Positions 61,742 through 64,000 of a stretch of 64,000 nt of DNA are shown here, in pieces. The position numbers were made by a program, and so were the translations under genes. The number at the start of each line of letters is the position of its first letter. The first letter of the stretch is position 1. Under the pieces are notes generated by a model that made no database searches, was not told the origin of the DNA, and saw nothing but the letters and a program-made list of their open reading frames with translations. This stretch comes from a virus (lineage: Duplodnaviria; Caudoviricetes). The stretch is from IMG/VR virus record IMGVR_UViG_3300011335_000826, positions 24,254 through 88,253 of that record. One strand, given 5' to 3'.

Positions 61742-62215
61742 ATGTGGATCTTACATCTTTTACCAGACGCACTGATCGCCTGGGTTGTTAACTTAGTTTT
61801 GATAGCCGGCGCGGTAGTCACTATAGCCGGCTTCTTTGTGCGGTTCATTCCTTTTGTGAATACCTATCGAATCCCTGTGCAGATCACAGGCATACTACTG
61901 CTCACGATTGGTGTATACTTTCAAGGCGGTTATACCACAGAGATGGCCTGGCGCGAGCGTGTGCGCGAAGTAGAAGCCCGACTAGCAGTAGCAGAAAAGC
62001 AGAGTGCAGAAGTCAACACAGAGATTGTGACCAAGGTAGTCACACAGACCAAGATAGTAAAAGAACGCGGTGATGACATAATAAAGTATGTGGACCGTGA
62101 AGTTGTGAAGAATCAGGAAGTGATTCGATTTGTAGAGAATTGCCCTATTCCTGAAATAATCATCAACACACACAATGCTGCTGCATTGAATCGCCCTGTT
62201 GAGGAAAAGAAATGA
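61742..62215 (+). CDS. Rz-like inner-membrane spanin
   Basis: Two N-terminal TM segments, coiled coil, IKYVDREV, late promoter. Confidence 0.7.
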   Translation: MWILHLLPDALIAWVVNLVLIAGAVVTIAGFFVRFIPFVNTYRIPVQITGILLLTIGVYFQGGYTTEMAWRERVREVEARLAVAEKQSAEVNTEIVTKVVTQTKIVKERGDDIIKYVDREVVKNQEVIRFVENCPIPEIIINTHNAAALNRPVEEKK

Positions 62216-62478
62216 GAATAATATTGTTGGGGTTAGTATCATTGTTGGCCGCATGTTCCACTGCTGTACCACTCACACAGAGTTTTCCAGAAGCGCCGGC
62301 CATGCTTAAAGAAAAATGCCCTGAATTAAAAGTCATAGTAGGTGAACGGGTCAGCATAGTGGATTTCACAAAAACAGTGAGTGAGAATTACACGACCTAT
62401 TATCAATGTGCAGGAAAACAACAAGCCTGGACGGATTGGTATGAACAGCAAAAGAAAATATGGGATGAAGCGAGATAG
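62212..62478 (+). CDS. Rz1-like outer-membrane lipoprotein spanin
   Basis: Lipobox LAAC, FP.AP..L...CP.L, NY..YY.C..K. Confidence 0.75.
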   Translation: MRIILLGLVSLLAACSTAVPLTQSFPEAPAMLKEKCPELKVIVGERVSIVDFTKTVSENYTTYYQCAGKQQAWTDWYEQQKKIWDEAR

Positions 62479-62481
62479 TCA

Positions 62482-63288
62482 GTGCAAGATCTAAATCTGT
62501 TTTATTCAGGTGGATCAGGTGGGTTTTTGTTGTTACATTTGTTGTTGCTGTCAGGCCGATACCATGTGGTATTTAAGAACAATGTACCAATGCCCACAGC
62601 ATTAGCCAATCAATGGAAAATCACCTGTCACGAATCGTGGAAGAAATCAGAGACCTGGCCCGACAACGAAAAAACATTTCACAGTGACAGTAAATTAACA
62701 AAGATTTATTTTTACTGTAATCCGGAAGCAGAATACACGCCGGACAATGTTGATTATCACGGCAAGTTTGGAGAATACAGTGATTACAATGTTGGACTGT
62801 ATACTGATTATTCTTCACAGACCCTGTTGGCAAAATACAAAAAAGCATTGTATTTTAGTAAAACAGACACAGTGAAAAATCAGAAGTTTTCTACTTTCAG
62901 AAAATTATTAAAGACTTGGCAAACACATTACGATAATGTACGAGGCCCTGGTTGGCCCGAGTGCAAAAGTTTTACAAAAATCAACCGATTGCCCGCGGCA
63001 ATAAAACAGGAGTTAATGGACAACCCGCATACTCAGTACTTCCTGGATTTTGAATACCACAGTGATTATCAAGGGCAAGAAGTTTGTCTGGAAGTTTTGC
63101 CATTCCTAAAATCAGCCAATGTGACTGTGAAACTTCAAGATCTAGTGAATCACACAGAACATGTATTAAATCAAGTATTTGAGATTGATCTGATCAATGA
63201 TCAGCAAAAAAGTCTAGTGGAACATTGGAAAACATTGCACCCCACGAGCATGCTGACTGCACTGGGAATTATACCAACAGATAGATAA
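62482..63288 (+). CDS. Hypothetical protein inserted in the lysis cassette
   Basis: FYSGGSGG start and Y..VRGPGWP.C motif. AT-rich, GTG start. Confidence 0.6.
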   Translation: MQDLNLFYSGGSGGFLLLHLLLLSGRYHVVFKNNVPMPTALANQWKITCHESWKKSETWPDNEKTFHSDSKLTKIYFYCNPEAEYTPDNVDYHGKFGEYSDYNVGLYTDYSSQTLLAKYKKALYFSKTDTVKNQKFSTFRKLLKTWQTHYDNVRGPGWPECKSFTKINRLPAAIKQELMDNPHTQYFLDFEYHSDYQGQEVCLEVLPFLKSANVTVKLQDLVNHTEHVLNQVFEIDLINDQQKSLVEHWKTLHPTSMLTALGIIPTDR

Positions 63289-63310
63289 GTATTGTAACAA
63301 GGAGACAACA

Positions 63311-63931
63311 ATGAGCAATTCAATTCTAACATTGAATCAATTAAAACAAATGGTCAAGAACCCACATATCGACCATTGGTACGAAGCCATTGATCAATTG
63401 TTGCCCGACTACGATATCAACACACCCAAGCGTGTAGCAGCATTTATTGCACAATGTGCTCACGAGTCAGGCAGTTTTGTGTTCATCAAAGAAAACCTTA
63501 ATTACAAGGCCGCCAGTTTGATGAAGACATTTGGCAAGTATTTCCCCACACAGGAACTGGCTGCACAATACGAAAAGCGTCCGGAAAAGATCGCCAACAG
63601 AGTGTATGCCAACAGGATGGGCAACGGAGACGAAGCGTCAGGAGATGGATATCGTTTCTGTGGCCGTGGACTGATACAGTTAACTGGGCGTGACAACTAC
63701 ACATTCTTCGCCGGCAGTCTTGACATTCCTGTGGAAGAGGCCAGTGAATATCTGGCCACATTTGAAGGTGCTGTACAAAGTGCCTGCTGGTTCTGGGAGA
63801 CCAACAACTTGAATCGATTTGCTGATGTGGGCGATATCAAAGGACTCACACGGGCCATCAATGGTGGATACATTGGGTTGGAAGATCGCATCAGCCATTA
63901 TGAACATGCATTACATGTGATGGGAGTGTGA
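63311..63931 (+). CDS. Glycoside hydrolase family 19 endolysin
   Basis: AAFIAQCAHESG, ENLNY, GDG..F.GRG.IQLTG..NY, T..ING..GL.DR. Confidence 0.93.
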   Translation: MSNSILTLNQLKQMVKNPHIDHWYEAIDQLLPDYDINTPKRVAAFIAQCAHESGSFVFIKENLNYKAASLMKTFGKYFPTQELAAQYEKRPEKIANRVYANRMGNGDEASGDGYRFCGRGLIQLTGRDNYTFFAGSLDIPVEEASEYLATFEGAVQSACWFWETNNLNRFADVGDIKGLTRAINGGYIGLEDRISHYEHALHVMGV

Positions 63932-63932
63932 T

Positions 63933-64000
63933 GTGGGAGTAGTGGTTGGCCCAGGAATATCAGTAGGTGCCGGGATCAACATCGGCGGTGGGTTTGCGCC
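63933..64000 (+). CDS. Partial CDS at window edge (Gly-rich N-terminus of a probable virion protein)
   Basis: GTG start, VGVVVGPGISVGAGINIGGGFA. Frame is open to the window end. Confidence 0.45.
   Translation, partial: MGVVVGPGISVGAGINIGGGFA

Noticed and set aside
63915-63945. Short direct repeat GTGATG(T)GGGAGT at the endolysin end
   Set aside because: Only two imperfect copies at a gene junction, most simply a small local duplication.
1-64000. CRISPR array, tRNA, rRNA, integrase or reverse transcriptase (DGR)
   Set aside because: I saw no regularly spaced 25-45 nt repeats with unique spacers, no cloverleaf with a T-loop and anticodon arm, and no RT or integrase motifs. A tRNAscan/CRT run would confirm.
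1-64000. Stop-codon reassignment as in some large phages
   Set aside because: Well-known genes end at their expected lengths with TAA, TGA or TAG (e.g. ClpP-like TAG 15713, metallophosphoesterase TAG 27798) and are not fragmented.

Overview
This window is a 64-kb slice of a large dsDNA tailed phage genome (myovirus-like, resembling Rak2/GAP32-type or freshwater T4-like large phages), read in standard code 11. I saw no rRNA, tRNA, CRISPR array or integrase. The host is probably a betaproteobacterium, inferred from the Bug/TctC, phasin-like, ErpA-like and PstS genes. Core content: clamp loader, a stand-alone N-terminal piece of DNA Pol III alpha, GroES-like co-chaperonin, PhoH, collagen tail fibre, baseplate wedge, spanins and GH19 endolysin. 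Auxiliary content: ClpX, ClpS, two ClpP-family proteases, Hsp20, UvsE, PstS, NadE, SOD, ErpA, IF-1, sugar-modification and sulfation-like clusters, and an R-M-like trio. Early genes follow TTGACN-N17-TATAAT promoters; late genes follow TAAATA/TAAGTA, often only 4-6 nt before the ATG. Most notable: (1) a tandem array of six ATGA-coupled small paralogues sharing a C-terminal F-x-L-[KR]-W motif and a near-identical 16-nt junction (39517-41008); (2) a conserved structured 5' leader with compensatory changes and a ROSE-like SD hairpin, shared by hsp20 and a phasin-like gene, the latter also preceded by a perfect 16-bp inverted repeat of PhaR-like boxes; (3) a Pho box before pstS; (4) a PvuII-like endonuclease plus SPPY methyltransferase module; (5) a kinase-HxGH fusion flanked by sulfotransferase-fold genes. 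All family assignments come from motif recognition by eye and have not been checked by database search.
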